A stretch of 55,316 nucleotides of DNA from a virus. Its lineage: Duplodnaviria > Caudoviricetes. Both the position numbers and the translations under genes were made by a program. The DNA is taken from positions 1 to 55,316 of IMG/VR virus record IMGVR_UViG_3300037485_000169, one strand, 5' to 3'. Shown piece by piece: positions 25,575 to 35,800 of the stretch (within the stretch, counting starts at the first letter, position 1; each line of letters starts with the position of its first letter). The notes under the pieces are model-generated. The model saw only the letters and a list, made by a program, of their open reading frames with translations, was not told where the DNA came from and ran no database searches.

Positions 25575-27995
25575 ATGGCTGGCGTGAAAATCACAAACTT
25601 CTTTGGTATCGCACCAAAGATTTCACCGGAACTCCTACCGGAGACCGCCGGGCAGATTGCGCGTAATACGAAGCTATACTCTGGCGACCTCATCCCCTAC
25701 CCGCAGCCTGTCGTGGTCGGCAACACGGGACGCACCGGCACGATCAAAACGCTCTACGCTCTCAAGGACCCACTTGGCGTCAACCAGTGGCTGTCATGGA
25801 CCACCGACGTAGACACCGCTGTCGTTACCTCATCTGACATATCGGACCAGCGCTTCTACTATACCGGCGACGGTGTGCCCAAGGTCAGCAATTACTCACT
25901 GGCGTTCGAAGGGATAGGCCCCTACCCCACCAACTATTACGAACTCGGGCTGCCGCTTCCGACAACCAAACCGACCGTGACGGTTACGCCGTTCACCACG
26001 GCGATGACTGCGACCTACGAGCGCGATAACAATAACACGGCAACCCTGACGACCGGTTCACCTCATGGCCTCAAGGAAGGGGCCTATATCACGGTAACCG
26101 GGTTCAGCTATCTGGCAGGGTCCTACACCTATGTCGGCACCACGGTGACGTGCACTATCGCGAGCCATGGTCTGACAGGTACACCTCAAGTTATTCTCGA
26201 CTTCACTTCGGGTGATGCCATCGACGGCGTCTACACGGCCACGGTCACGGGGCTTAACACCTTCACAGTCAACGTCCCTGTGGCACCGACTGCTGTCGGC
26301 ACTGTCCGCCTCAGCATGACCTCGTTCAACGTGACGGGTATCCAAGCTACGGTCATCGACCCTTCGACCATCGAGTATTTTAGCCCGGGTCCGCAGATCG
26401 CAACGACTGCCTTTGCTGGTGGTAACATCGACCTCGGCGGTCCGACACAGTCACGCTCATATGTCTACACATGGTATACGCCGTGGGAAGAAGAGAGCAT
26501 CGCGTCCGACCCGACCGATGATGTGTTCGTCAAGGAAGGGGTGACCATCACGGTCAGCAATCTTCCGAGTGCGAAGCCATCGGGCGACAACTTTGTGCGT
26601 GGTATCCGGCTCTATCGCACGCTCGCCACTGCTGCGGGTACAGAATATTTCCGCCTCAAGACCCTGTGGTTTCCTACCGATCTGGCTACTGTCAGCCGGG
26701 CCAGTAGCGTATCGACCGTCAAGCTGGAGTTCCCGCACAACCTCGGCATCGGGGACCGGTTCAAAATCAGCGGCTGCTCTGACGCTTCGTTCGATATCAC
26801 TGGCGGTATCGTCGTCGATATCCCTGACGAGTATACATTTACCTATGCGCAGGCTGCTGCCGATGTGGCTACCACCACTGTCGCTGCGGGAACGCTCTAC
26901 CATGACGTATCTGAGGACCCACCTACGACAGCCGCTCGGTACTGGGGTGACGCGGGTAACTATGATTTCGTCGATGACTTCAACCCACTGAACCTGATCG
27001 ATATCCTCGCGTCTGATGAATATGACGCGCCGCCTGACGGTCTCCAAGGTCTGATCGCTGCGCAGAACAACATCCTCGCTGGCTTCGTCGGGAACAAACT
27101 TTACCTGACAGAGCCTGCGATCCCGCACGCATGGCCCATCGCTTACGCGATTACCTTTGAGTATGACATCGTCGGTCTGGCACCGGTCAACGGTTCGATC
27201 TTGGTCCTGACCAAGGGATATCCCTACCTCGTAGCTGGCAGTGACCCGGCTGCTGGCATGGGTGTTCAGCGGATCGACGCGCTCTATCCTTGCCTCAACC
27301 GCAAGGGCATTGTCGCTATGAACTATGGCGTGGTCTATCCCACCCACGACGGTATGGCTGTGTTCTCTCCGGCCAGCGGCCCGACGATCATCACCCGCTC
27401 GAACTTCAACAACGATACGTGGGCAGTGGAACTGGACCCCACCACCATTGTCGGCGAGTTCTATGGTGACGCCTATCTGGCGTCTCACTCCACGGGCGGC
27501 TTTGCCTTTGAGCCGGACAGGAACATCGGCGGTCAGTATGTTGATCTCGACTTCACATACACCGCTTCATGGTACGACTCCATCGGCGGTCAACTCTTCT
27601 GCGTCACCGGCACCAACGGCGATGTGTATGAGTGGGATAATCTTGATCAGCCTGCGCTCACGCAGGAGTGGAAGTCCAAGGTCATCAAGACGCCGGATAT
27701 GATCAACCTTGGGGCGGCCCGGGTTATCGCTGACTTTGCCGAGGTGACGACGACTTGGGACTCTGCCTCACAGCAGTGGCAGAACGACACATCTCCTTGG
27801 GCCACGGCGGACAACATCACGTTCAAGTTCTGGGTGGACAAGCAACTTCTCATGACCACGACGGTCACTGATATAGGCACCTTCCGCCTCCCGACCGGCT
27901 ATCGCTCTGATACGTTTGAGGTTGGCGTTACCGGCGACATCCGGGTCCGGGCTATCCACCTTGGTGAAACCCCGCTCAGTCTGAAGGAAGCATAA
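25575..27995 (+). CDS. Tail nozzle/stabilisation protein (tubular protein B-like)
   Basis: 806 aa; FFGIAPKISP.LLP...EP..PHAWP...WKSK beta-propeller-like motifs; position before ejection genes. Confidence 0.7.
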   Translation: MAGVKITNFFGIAPKISPELLPETAGQIARNTKLYSGDLIPYPQPVVVGNTGRTGTIKTLYALKDPLGVNQWLSWTTDVDTAVVTSSDISDQRFYYTGDGVPKVSNYSLAFEGIGPYPTNYYELGLPLPTTKPTVTVTPFTTAMTATYERDNNNTATLTTGSPHGLKEGAYITVTGFSYLAGSYTYVGTTVTCTIASHGLTGTPQVILDFTSGDAIDGVYTATVTGLNTFTVNVPVAPTAVGTVRLSMTSFNVTGIQATVIDPSTIEYFSPGPQIATTAFAGGNIDLGGPTQSRSYVYTWYTPWEEESIASDPTDDVFVKEGVTITVSNLPSAKPSGDNFVRGIRLYRTLATAAGTEYFRLKTLWFPTDLATVSRASSVSTVKLEFPHNLGIGDRFKISGCSDASFDITGGIVVDIPDEYTFTYAQAAADVATTTVAAGTLYHDVSEDPPTTAARYWGDAGNYDFVDDFNPLNLIDILASDEYDAPPDGLQGLIAAQNNILAGFVGNKLYLTEPAIPHAWPIAYAITFEYDIVGLAPVNGSILVLTKGYPYLVAGSDPAAGMGVQRIDALYPCLNRKGIVAMNYGVVYPTHDGMAVFSPASGPTIITRSNFNNDTWAVELDPTTIVGEFYGDAYLASHSTGGFAFEPDRNIGGQYVDLDFTYTASWYDSIGGQLFCVTGTNGDVYEWDNLDQPALTQEWKSKVIKTPDMINLGAARVIADFAEVTTTWDSASQQWQNDTSPWATADNITFKFWVDKQLLMTTTVTDIGTFRLPTGYRSDTFEVGVTGDIRVRAIHLGETPLSLKEA

Positions 27996-28342
27996 TGACT
28001 AGGTTTTCGGCGATCCCTAATCCACCGCAGTCCGATATGACGGGCTGGCAATATTATATGCTCAACGCACTCAAGGAGAATGTGGACCTCCTGACCGGTG
28101 CGCGGGGCGAGAAGGACGGCGCAAGCCGGGCGATCACCAAGGCTTCGGTGACCATCACTTCAGTGCCAGCGCAGTCAATGCGGCAGGTCACAGCCCAAGG
28201 GGCTGGGGTTAATATCGAAGGCGCAGTGGTTCCTGCATTGGAAGACTATGTGGAACTACTCAAGAATGTACAATCACTCGCTAACGATGTAGCATCGCTA
28301 CGAGACACACTAAACACGCTTATTGGACAGTTACGAGGGTAA
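27995..28342 (+). CDS. Small tail-associated protein
   Basis: LKENVDLLTGARG; C-terminal coiled coil. Confidence 0.65.
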   Translation: MTRFSAIPNPPQSDMTGWQYYMLNALKENVDLLTGARGEKDGASRAITKASVTITSVPAQSMRQVTAQGAGVNIEGAVVPALEDYVELLKNVQSLANDVASLRDTLNTLIGQLRG

Positions 28343-28343
28343 T

Positions 28344-29165
28344 ATGGAAAATCCTGTGATGACAGCACTGAACCCGCAGGTGGCTTCGACCACTTCGTTG
28401 GACCTCCCTCCGGCACTGGCCAGCATATTGGCTATGCCTGCGGCTAACGCGGCTCCTGTCGCTGCGCCTATGGCCCCTATGCCTGCTGCTGGTCCATCAC
28501 CCACACTCGGCGGTGCACTGGGCGGTCAGTCCACGGTTGCGCAGCAGCCGCTTCCCAGCTTCCAAGAAGGTGGCATGGTCGGCCCCGGCGGTATGCCGAT
28601 GGGTGGTATGCCTGCGGGTGCGCCCGCTCAACCTTCTGCGCCGATGGACCCGATGCAGCGCGACCAGCTTCTCAATCAGTCGTTACAGCAGAACCCGCAG
28701 GTCGTGCAGGAAATCCAAGCGACCCTGATGGCCGGTCTTCAGTCCGGTGAGATCACAGCGCAGGAACTGAACATGATCATCCAGCTTACTCAGTTGGCTG
28801 CACAGAACCCTGACATGTATCCTTATGTCCGTCAGTTCGCAATCCAGCAGGGTATCGCTACCGAAGAGGACCTGCCTGCGCAGTATGACGAAGGTCTGCT
28901 GGTGGCTATGCTCACGGTGGCCAAGTCTGCACAGCAGTTGATCCAAGGCGGTCAGCCCATGGCGACTGGCGAAGCACCGATGACTGGACAACTCGAAGCT
29001 ACGATGCCATCGATGAAAGAAGGCGGCACGGTTAAGGGCAAGAACGACGCTCCGGTCCCGATCATGGCCCACGAAGGGGAGTATGTGATCCCCAAGAATG
29101 TGGTGCAGATGAAGGGTCGTGAGTTCTTCGACCGGCTAGTGGAGCAGTACAAGGATAAAGCGTGA
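28344..29165 (+). CDS. Pro/Gln-rich internal virion protein
   Basis: FQEGGMV and MKEGGTV...VPIMAHEGEYVIP motifs. Confidence 0.6.
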   Translation: MENPVMTALNPQVASTTSLDLPPALASILAMPAANAAPVAAPMAPMPAAGPSPTLGGALGGQSTVAQQPLPSFQEGGMVGPGGMPMGGMPAGAPAQPSAPMDPMQRDQLLNQSLQQNPQVVQEIQATLMAGLQSGEITAQELNMIIQLTQLAAQNPDMYPYVRQFAIQQGIATEEDLPAQYDEGLLVAMLTVAKSAQQLIQGGQPMATGEAPMTGQLEATMPSMKEGGTVKGKNDAPVPIMAHEGEYVIPKNVVQMKGREFFDRLVEQYKDKA

Positions 29166-29599
29166 GTGAAGTAAGCATAGAACTTTTATCGACGAATAGG
29201 GCCATTGCGCTGTGGCCTGAGATCGCCCCCTTGGCGGAACAGTCCGTCCGTGGTAACGATATGTCCGCTTCCGACATGGATGCACAGTATATTTTTAACG
29301 CAGTATGCGCTGATGAGGCTGTGATCTTTGCGGGATTTATAGACGGTAAGTTGGAGATGGTACTAGGGTTTCAGTTCTCCGACGCCAACGGACACAAGTG
29401 TGCCGATATTATTGCCATGGCAGGTAAGCATCTGACCATGTTCAAGCGACGGTACTGGGAGGCCATCATGGCGTGGTTACGAGCCAATGATGTAGAGTTT
29501 GTTGATAGCTATGTTCCGATTAATCGCGCTGTGTTATACATGAATAAATTCGGATTTGATAAATCCTGCGCACATATCCGGATGTCTCTGGGGAATTGA
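29162..29599 (+). CDS. Hypothetical protein, possibly GNAT-like
   Basis: Size and alpha/beta pattern ending in LYMNKFGF; position typical of podophage acetyltransferase-like genes. Confidence 0.5.
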   Translation: MSEVSIELLSTNRAIALWPEIAPLAEQSVRGNDMSASDMDAQYIFNAVCADEAVIFAGFIDGKLEMVLGFQFSDANGHKCADIIAMAGKHLTMFKRRYWEAIMAWLRANDVEFVDSYVPINRAVLYMNKFGFDKSCAHIRMSLGN

Positions 29600-29600
29600 T

Positions 29601-30692
29601 ATGGGTAAAGTTGTAAAGACGGTTCTGAAGGTCGCTGCGGTAGCAGCTATCGCGTACTTCGCTCCTCCATTGGCGGGTGCTGCGCTGGGTTCTGTCGGGG
29701 TCTCCTCTGCCCTTGCGACTACGGCTCTGTCTTCCGCCATTGGCGCAGGTATGGGCGAACTCTCTGGTGTCGGGTGGAAGGCTGGGGCCTTAGCTGCGGG
29801 ACTAGGAGGCGCGAATAGTTCCGGTCTATTTGGCGGTGCTCCCGCCGCTGGTGCTGGTGCGGCTCCCACAACTGCTGGCGCAGCCGGTGCTCCTGCCGCC
29901 GCTGGTACTGCTGGCGCTGCTCTTCCGGGTGTCGAAGCCTATATGGCATCGCCCGGCTTTACTGCCGCCGCTGGTACTGAGGCTGCTGCCGCTGGTGTTG
30001 GCGGCGCTGCCGCCGCTCCACAGACTATTGGCCAAGCATTATCCGGTGCTGCTGCGAAGCCAACGAGTGTACTCACCGGAGGCATTTCGAATATAACGAA
30101 GGGTCTCGGCGGGGCGGTTAATGCTGTCGGCCTTGGTGGCGTGGCAGGTGGTCTCAATCTTGGCGCTGTTGCTCCGGGGCTGGTTGCCGCTGGTCTTACC
30201 TCGACGCCGGGGGCTGCGATCACTCGGGCACAACAGGCTGAACTTGCACGGGCACAGGGCGTAAATGCTGCTGTTACCCAGCAACGCATCGACGAGGCCA
30301 ACAAGCTGATCGGCGAAGCCGCCTATTATGATCCTGAGTATATGGCCCGGCAGGCAGCGGAAGCAGCCCAAATCCGTGGTGGTATCCAAGAGACTGAGGG
30401 AACCCGGGGACTTACCGGTGAGCGCTTGGCTGCTGAACGCCGTCGCTATCGCCTCGGCACTGCCCGCAGTGCGGGTTCTGCATATCAGCAAGGTTATGGC
30501 ACGGGCGTCAGCGCCCGCACGCAGACACGTCAGGCTGGCATCCAGTCACTTCCGACCAGCTTCCCGACCACTTCGGCAGAGAGTAGTGCGGCGCTCCGGG
30601 ATCGTTACATGGCCGATGAGGCACGCCGTAGTCAGGAAGCCGGTCTTGCTGCATTGTTTGGTCAGGCTCTCAACCGCCCGACTACCACTTAA
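29601..30692 (+). CDS. Probable DNA ejection (pilot) protein
   Basis: Gly/Ala-rich hydrophobic N-terminus plus helical C-terminus. Confidence 0.6.
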   Translation: MGKVVKTVLKVAAVAAIAYFAPPLAGAALGSVGVSSALATTALSSAIGAGMGELSGVGWKAGALAAGLGGANSSGLFGGAPAAGAGAAPTTAGAAGAPAAAGTAGAALPGVEAYMASPGFTAAAGTEAAAAGVGGAAAAPQTIGQALSGAAAKPTSVLTGGISNITKGLGGAVNAVGLGGVAGGLNLGAVAPGLVAAGLTSTPGAAITRAQQAELARAQGVNAAVTQQRIDEANKLIGEAAYYDPEYMARQAAEAAQIRGGIQETEGTRGLTGERLAAERRRYRLGTARSAGSAYQQGYGTGVSARTQTRQAGIQSLPTSFPTTSAESSAALRDRYMADEARRSQEAGLAALFGQALNRPTTT

Positions 30693-30706
30693 GATAGGAA
30701 CACTTC

Positions 30707-32800
30707 ATGGCGATTGGTTCGTTTCTCTCTAGCGCTGGCCGGATTGGTGAAGGTATCGAGCGATACCAGACCGAGAGCGAACTGCGGCGTTTGCAGCGTG
30801 AGCAGGCAGCCCTTACCCGTGGAGAACTGGCGCGTCAGGAACAGTTTCGTCAGCTACAACTCGAAGCTCCTGTCACCGAACTTCCAGACCAAGGTCTCCT
30901 TCTTGGCGCACCCATGCAGGTTGCCGAGCCTGAGTTCCCCCGCGCTGGCCGTATCGCTGCCGCTGGCCTTATGGCCCCGGCTGGTGTTGAGGCTGCTGCT
31001 CCTGCCGCTGCCCCCGCTGCTGCTCCTGCCGCTGCTGCACCCAAGCCGGTAAAGCTCGGCGGGGTTACCATCCCCGGTTTCGACTCACGCAAACCTGTGC
31101 GCCTTGGCGCTGGCGTGGCTGGCTTCCTAAAGATCGAGCCTAATGCGTCGGACTTCGACAAAAAATATCGCCGTGGCGTTAATGACCTTCGTCTCGACAA
31201 AGCCCTCGACAAGCTATCCAACGTCGCCGCTGCTCCGTTCAGCACCATCCGGAAGCCGTTCGTCGGACAGGATGAGAAGCGTAACTTGGAGATGCGCGAT
31301 GCCGCTGCTTCGTACTACAGCAGCAATGTCGCCCGTGAGTATTTCAGCCGTAACCCTGAGATGCTGGCCGTTGCCCAGAAGAACCCGGTCGAGTTCTTCC
31401 AAAAGGTAGGCGCTGCGAATTTACAGGCGGCAGAGGTTGAACGTGCCAAACGTGCTGGTGTCGCCACTCCGACTGCTGCGGCTGCTGCGCCTGCGCAAGG
31501 CGGTCTAGCATCCACTATTGCTAGGATCGGTGGTGCTGAGAGCGGCGGTGTCGCTAACCCATATCAGACGCCCAACCTCGCTGGTGCATCGTCAGCGTTC
31601 GGCAAGTACCAGTTTACCCGTGATACGTGGATCAGCACATATCGCAAACTGAACCCGAGAACTGGGTTGAGCGACGACCGTATCTGGGCACAGCGCACCA
31701 ATCCGGAACTGCAAGAGCGCCTCATGGTCAAACTCACGCAGGATAACTCTGCGAAATTGGAGAAGGCAGGTCTTCCAGTCAACGACGGTACGCTATATCT
31801 GGCGCATTTCCTTGGTTCCGGCGGTGCGACTAAACTCCTGCGTGCTGACGCCAACACACCCGCTGACCGCGTTCTCACACAAGATCAGATCAACGCCAAC
31901 CCCACAATCCTCAAGGGTAAGACTGTTGGTCAAGTAGCTCAGTGGGCTGCTGGTAAGATGGGCGGTGCTGCTCCCGCAGGTGGTGGTGCTCCCGCTGGAG
32001 GCGTTCAGATAGCTAGTGTGCAGGACACTCCTGTTCCGGTGCGTATCGATCCGTCGAACTTCTATCTCGCCAACCCGAACGCTACATCTCGCGATACCCG
32101 CATGGCCCTCCAGAACAGGCAGGAACTTGCGCGTATGGCGGATATGTACCGCCGCGCCGGTATGGGTAATGAGTTCACGGCCACACGTCTGAAGCTCATC
32201 GAACTGGATAACAGCCTGATCTACCTTCAGGGTATGCAGGGGCTACAGGAACTGGCTCTGGCCAATGACCCTCGTCGTCTTGCCGCAGTGTGGTCTGACT
32301 ATGCTGGCGTTCCTGTCCAGCTTCAGCCACAGACTGATGGCTCGTTTAATATTCTGGTCAATGGCCGGGTGACCCAGCGTGGTGTTGCCCGTAATTCTGT
32401 GATCGATGCTGCCCGTTCGTCGTTCGACAAGCAGTATGTGCAGACGCAGTCCGCAGCAGCAGCCGAGCAGGCCACAGAATATTTCAAGAGCCAGCTTCGT
32501 ATGACCGAAGAGGCAGCCAAGGCGTCAGCCAAATTTGCTGCTGATATCCAGCTTAAGCTCCTCGAAGGCGACAACGCCAAGGCCACTGAGCTTATCAAGC
32601 AGATGGACCCCAACGGTAAGATCACGATGCTGCCCGATGGCAGTGGTCAGGCGATCCTTCAGGTGCAAGGTCAGACATTGCTTATTGATAAGGGTGGTGT
32701 ACAAATAGAAGGCGCACCCGAGGGTATGGTTTCAGGTCCGTCTGCCCGACCCATTACTGGTTTGCCGCAGCGCGTTGCAGGTGTTGGTACTGGAGGATAA
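30707..32800 (+). CDS. Internal virion protein with lytic transglycosylase-like domain
   Basis: AESGG...SSAFGKYQFTRDTW...LYLAHFLGSGGA. Confidence 0.8.
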   Translation: MAIGSFLSSAGRIGEGIERYQTESELRRLQREQAALTRGELARQEQFRQLQLEAPVTELPDQGLLLGAPMQVAEPEFPRAGRIAAAGLMAPAGVEAAAPAAAPAAAPAAAAPKPVKLGGVTIPGFDSRKPVRLGAGVAGFLKIEPNASDFDKKYRRGVNDLRLDKALDKLSNVAAAPFSTIRKPFVGQDEKRNLEMRDAAASYYSSNVAREYFSRNPEMLAVAQKNPVEFFQKVGAANLQAAEVERAKRAGVATPTAAAAAPAQGGLASTIARIGGAESGGVANPYQTPNLAGASSAFGKYQFTRDTWISTYRKLNPRTGLSDDRIWAQRTNPELQERLMVKLTQDNSAKLEKAGLPVNDGTLYLAHFLGSGGATKLLRADANTPADRVLTQDQINANPTILKGKTVGQVAQWAAGKMGGAAPAGGGAPAGGVQIASVQDTPVPVRIDPSNFYLANPNATSRDTRMALQNRQELARMADMYRRAGMGNEFTATRLKLIELDNSLIYLQGMQGLQELALANDPRRLAAVWSDYAGVPVQLQPQTDGSFNILVNGRVTQRGVARNSVIDAARSSFDKQYVQTQSAAAAEQATEYFKSQLRMTEEAAKASAKFAADIQLKLLEGDNAKATELIKQMDPNGKITMLPDGSGQAILQVQGQTLLIDKGGVQIEGAPEGMVSGPSARPITGLPQRVAGVGTGG

Positions 32801-32802
32801 TA

Positions 32803-35800
32803 ATGGCTCAGGCCGGTCTGTCGAATTTGAACCCGCTAGTATCTCCGGCGGGTTCTGACCTTAATCCTTTGGTCAATCGTACACCTCCGGCTATGTCGGG
32901 TCTCGATGCGCTCCAGCAGAGCTTGGCTGGTATCACAGCCATGGGTGAAGCGGCTCGTGCGCAGGTGCGCGCTCCAGAGATCGCGGCTCCTCCGGCGCAG
33001 CAAGCGCCGACGCCGACCATTGCGTTCAGCCCATCTCGTGGCGAGTTCTTTGTGCAAGGTCGCACGTTCTCCAAGGACGATGCGCAGAGCGCGATTGAGA
33101 GCGAGGCTCTCTTGGGTCAGCCGGGCGCTCCGCTCCCCACTGGTGACTGGGTCCCCGTCGATCCGCAAGCCTATGCGGGTTACCTCCAAGGGATTAAGGA
33201 ACCGAGCCTCGGCACGTTGTTCTCTAAAGGTATCGGTCGTGGTATCGATACCAGCCAACTTCTGATTGGCCGTGGTCTCCAACTTGCTGGCGCTGAAGAA
33301 TTTGGCGGTGGCATTGTTACGCAGCAGATGGAAGACCTGCGCCGTGGGATGCCCTTCAGCCGTCAGTTCACCGACATCCAAGACCCGGGCGATGCGCTTG
33401 AGTGGTTCGTTGCAGGCTTCGGTGAGCAGGTTCCTAACCTCCTTGAGTCCGTTGCTGTCGCAGGCGCTGGTGCCATTGGCGGCACATTCACTGGTGGTCC
33501 CGGTGTCGGTACGGCTGCGGGTGCTCTCGCTAGCCTCGCTGGTAAGTCTGCGTTTAAACAGCAGGTTCTTGCGGCTGCTCGTAAGAAGGCAGCCGGTGAG
33601 GTTCTCGACCAAGCCGAGAAGAAAATTCTCCGCAGCGCAGGCGCTCTCGTTGGGGCCACGGCGGCAACATTCGCTAACAGCTACCGCACTGGTGCGGCTG
33701 ACATCTATGGGGAACTCCGCGAGCAGGGTGCCGACCCGGATGACATTTCATCCAAGATGCTCGCACTTGCAGGAGCATTTCCCTATGCGTTGGCAGAAAG
33801 CGCTACTGAGTATCTGTTGGCCGGTCGTGTCCTTGGCGGGATTGCTGCTCCTCGTGCCATTCCTGCTGGTACTTCTCTCCCTCGTCGTGGTGCTGAACTT
33901 CTGCGCCGTGGTGCTGTGGGCGGTGCAGTGGGTGGTATCGCCGAAGGCGGTACGGAGCTTGCGCAAGAGTCACTCCTCCTAGGTCTGTCTGATCAGGACT
34001 TCAGCAAGCCTGAGAACATCGAACGCCTCATCAACTCATTTGCCGCTGGCGCTGCTATCGGCGCACCCATCGGTGGTATCGCCAACCTCAGAGGGACCAA
34101 GCCTACCAGCTTGCTGGGTGGGGAAGCCGATATGCTGGCTCTACCCCCGCCGCCTCTGCGTCTACCTCCACCTGCTGGACCTGAAGCTGGACCGCCGTTG
34201 CTTCCTGCTCCCATGGGTAACCAAGGCACGCTACCACTGACAGGTGGTGGTATGAATGTCCTTACGCCGCCCGCGCCGCCCGCGCCCGGTCAGGTGGAAA
34301 TGTTCCCCGGTGCCGACCTTGGCGCTGCTCCTGACGCTGACCAACTGGAACTGCCTTTCGCCACTGGCATCACGCCTGCCGCAGCACCGGCACCTACTGG
34401 TCTGCCTCCAATTCAAGATGTCCTGCCGTTCGAGTCTGGTCTGGCACCACGATATCTTGCGCCGATTGAGCCTGTAGCAGCGCCCGGTGCGCTGGCTGAT
34501 AACCCTGTTCTGCGTGCAATCCAGCAGCAACAGCAGCAAGCACAGATGGCCGCGCAGCGGCAGGCCGAGTTCGAACAGGCACAGGCTGCCCGTACTGCCG
34601 TCCCCGAAATTAGTGCACTTGATCAGCGTCTGGCTGAGTCGCAGCCCTTCTTGGATGTTGTCGGCACTGAGGGCACGCTGCTTCCTGAACCTACCTATGG
34701 CGCTACTCCCGCAGAAGCAGCCGAAGAATGGCGTGCACTGGCTGGCCGTGGCCGCCCCAAGCCGTTTGCCAACTTCCTACCCGAAATCCAGAACCAGTGG
34801 ATCGATGCGCTCAATATGGCGCAGGCAGGTGAACTTACTGTCGATGATCTCAGGACCATTCGTAACGAACTGGTGGCCGCAGAGAACGCTGCGCGTCTTA
34901 CAAAGTCCGCACCTCGCACAGTTGTCACTGGCGACATAACCCCGACACCTACCCCGCCGAAGGGAGGCAAAGCCCGTGCCCTTAAAAAGCCAAAAGCAAC
35001 TGCGGTGGCTCCAAGCAAACCGACCGGAACTCGCGGAGAAACTCTCAAGCGACCTGCTGCCCGAGCAGTTGCAGAACCTACCGGAAAGCCAGCCGCCAAG
35101 CCAGAAGCCAAAGCCAAGGTCGAAGCCGCACCTGTTCAGAAGGGACAGGGACAAGCTGTTCAAGATGTAGCGAAAGCTCCTGCGAAGCCGAAGGCCGTAG
35201 TTCCGCCGGGCCAAGCCCGTGGGGAAATGACTGACGCTGCGCGTATCGACGACGCCATTACGTTCGTTGAGGAAGCCACGACCAAGACCAACCGCGACGA
35301 TGTGCGCGATGCCTATTACGATATCTTGGAGCTTGCCTTCTTCGAGCGCCTGTCCAGTGGCACAGTCGAGGGTCGCAAAGCGATCCAGACCAAGGCGCGT
35401 GACTTCCTCAAGGGTCCGATCTCCAAGTGGCATCAGCCCTCGCTGGCCAAGGCGTTCCGCGATATCATGCTGCGTGAGGACACTCTCCCCGCTGATGGTC
35501 CGTGGTTCCAGTTCATGATGGACAACGACCTTACTGATGCGTTCCCGGCCAAGGCGAAAGCCAAGGTTACCAACGTCAGCAAGATCAAGGACGATGCGCT
35601 TCGAGCACAGGCCGAAGAGATGTTCATGGTAGAAGAGCAGCCTGCGGTCACCGCACAGGCAACATACCAGAGCAGGTTTGTGAATGTTGAAGCACCCCTT
35701 CAGAAGCTCGCATCTCTACTGACATCCATGCCCAAGGTCATGAGCTTGGACCGCCCGTTCGTGTTCCGTCAGGAGCAGTATGAGAACTTGCCGTTCGCAC

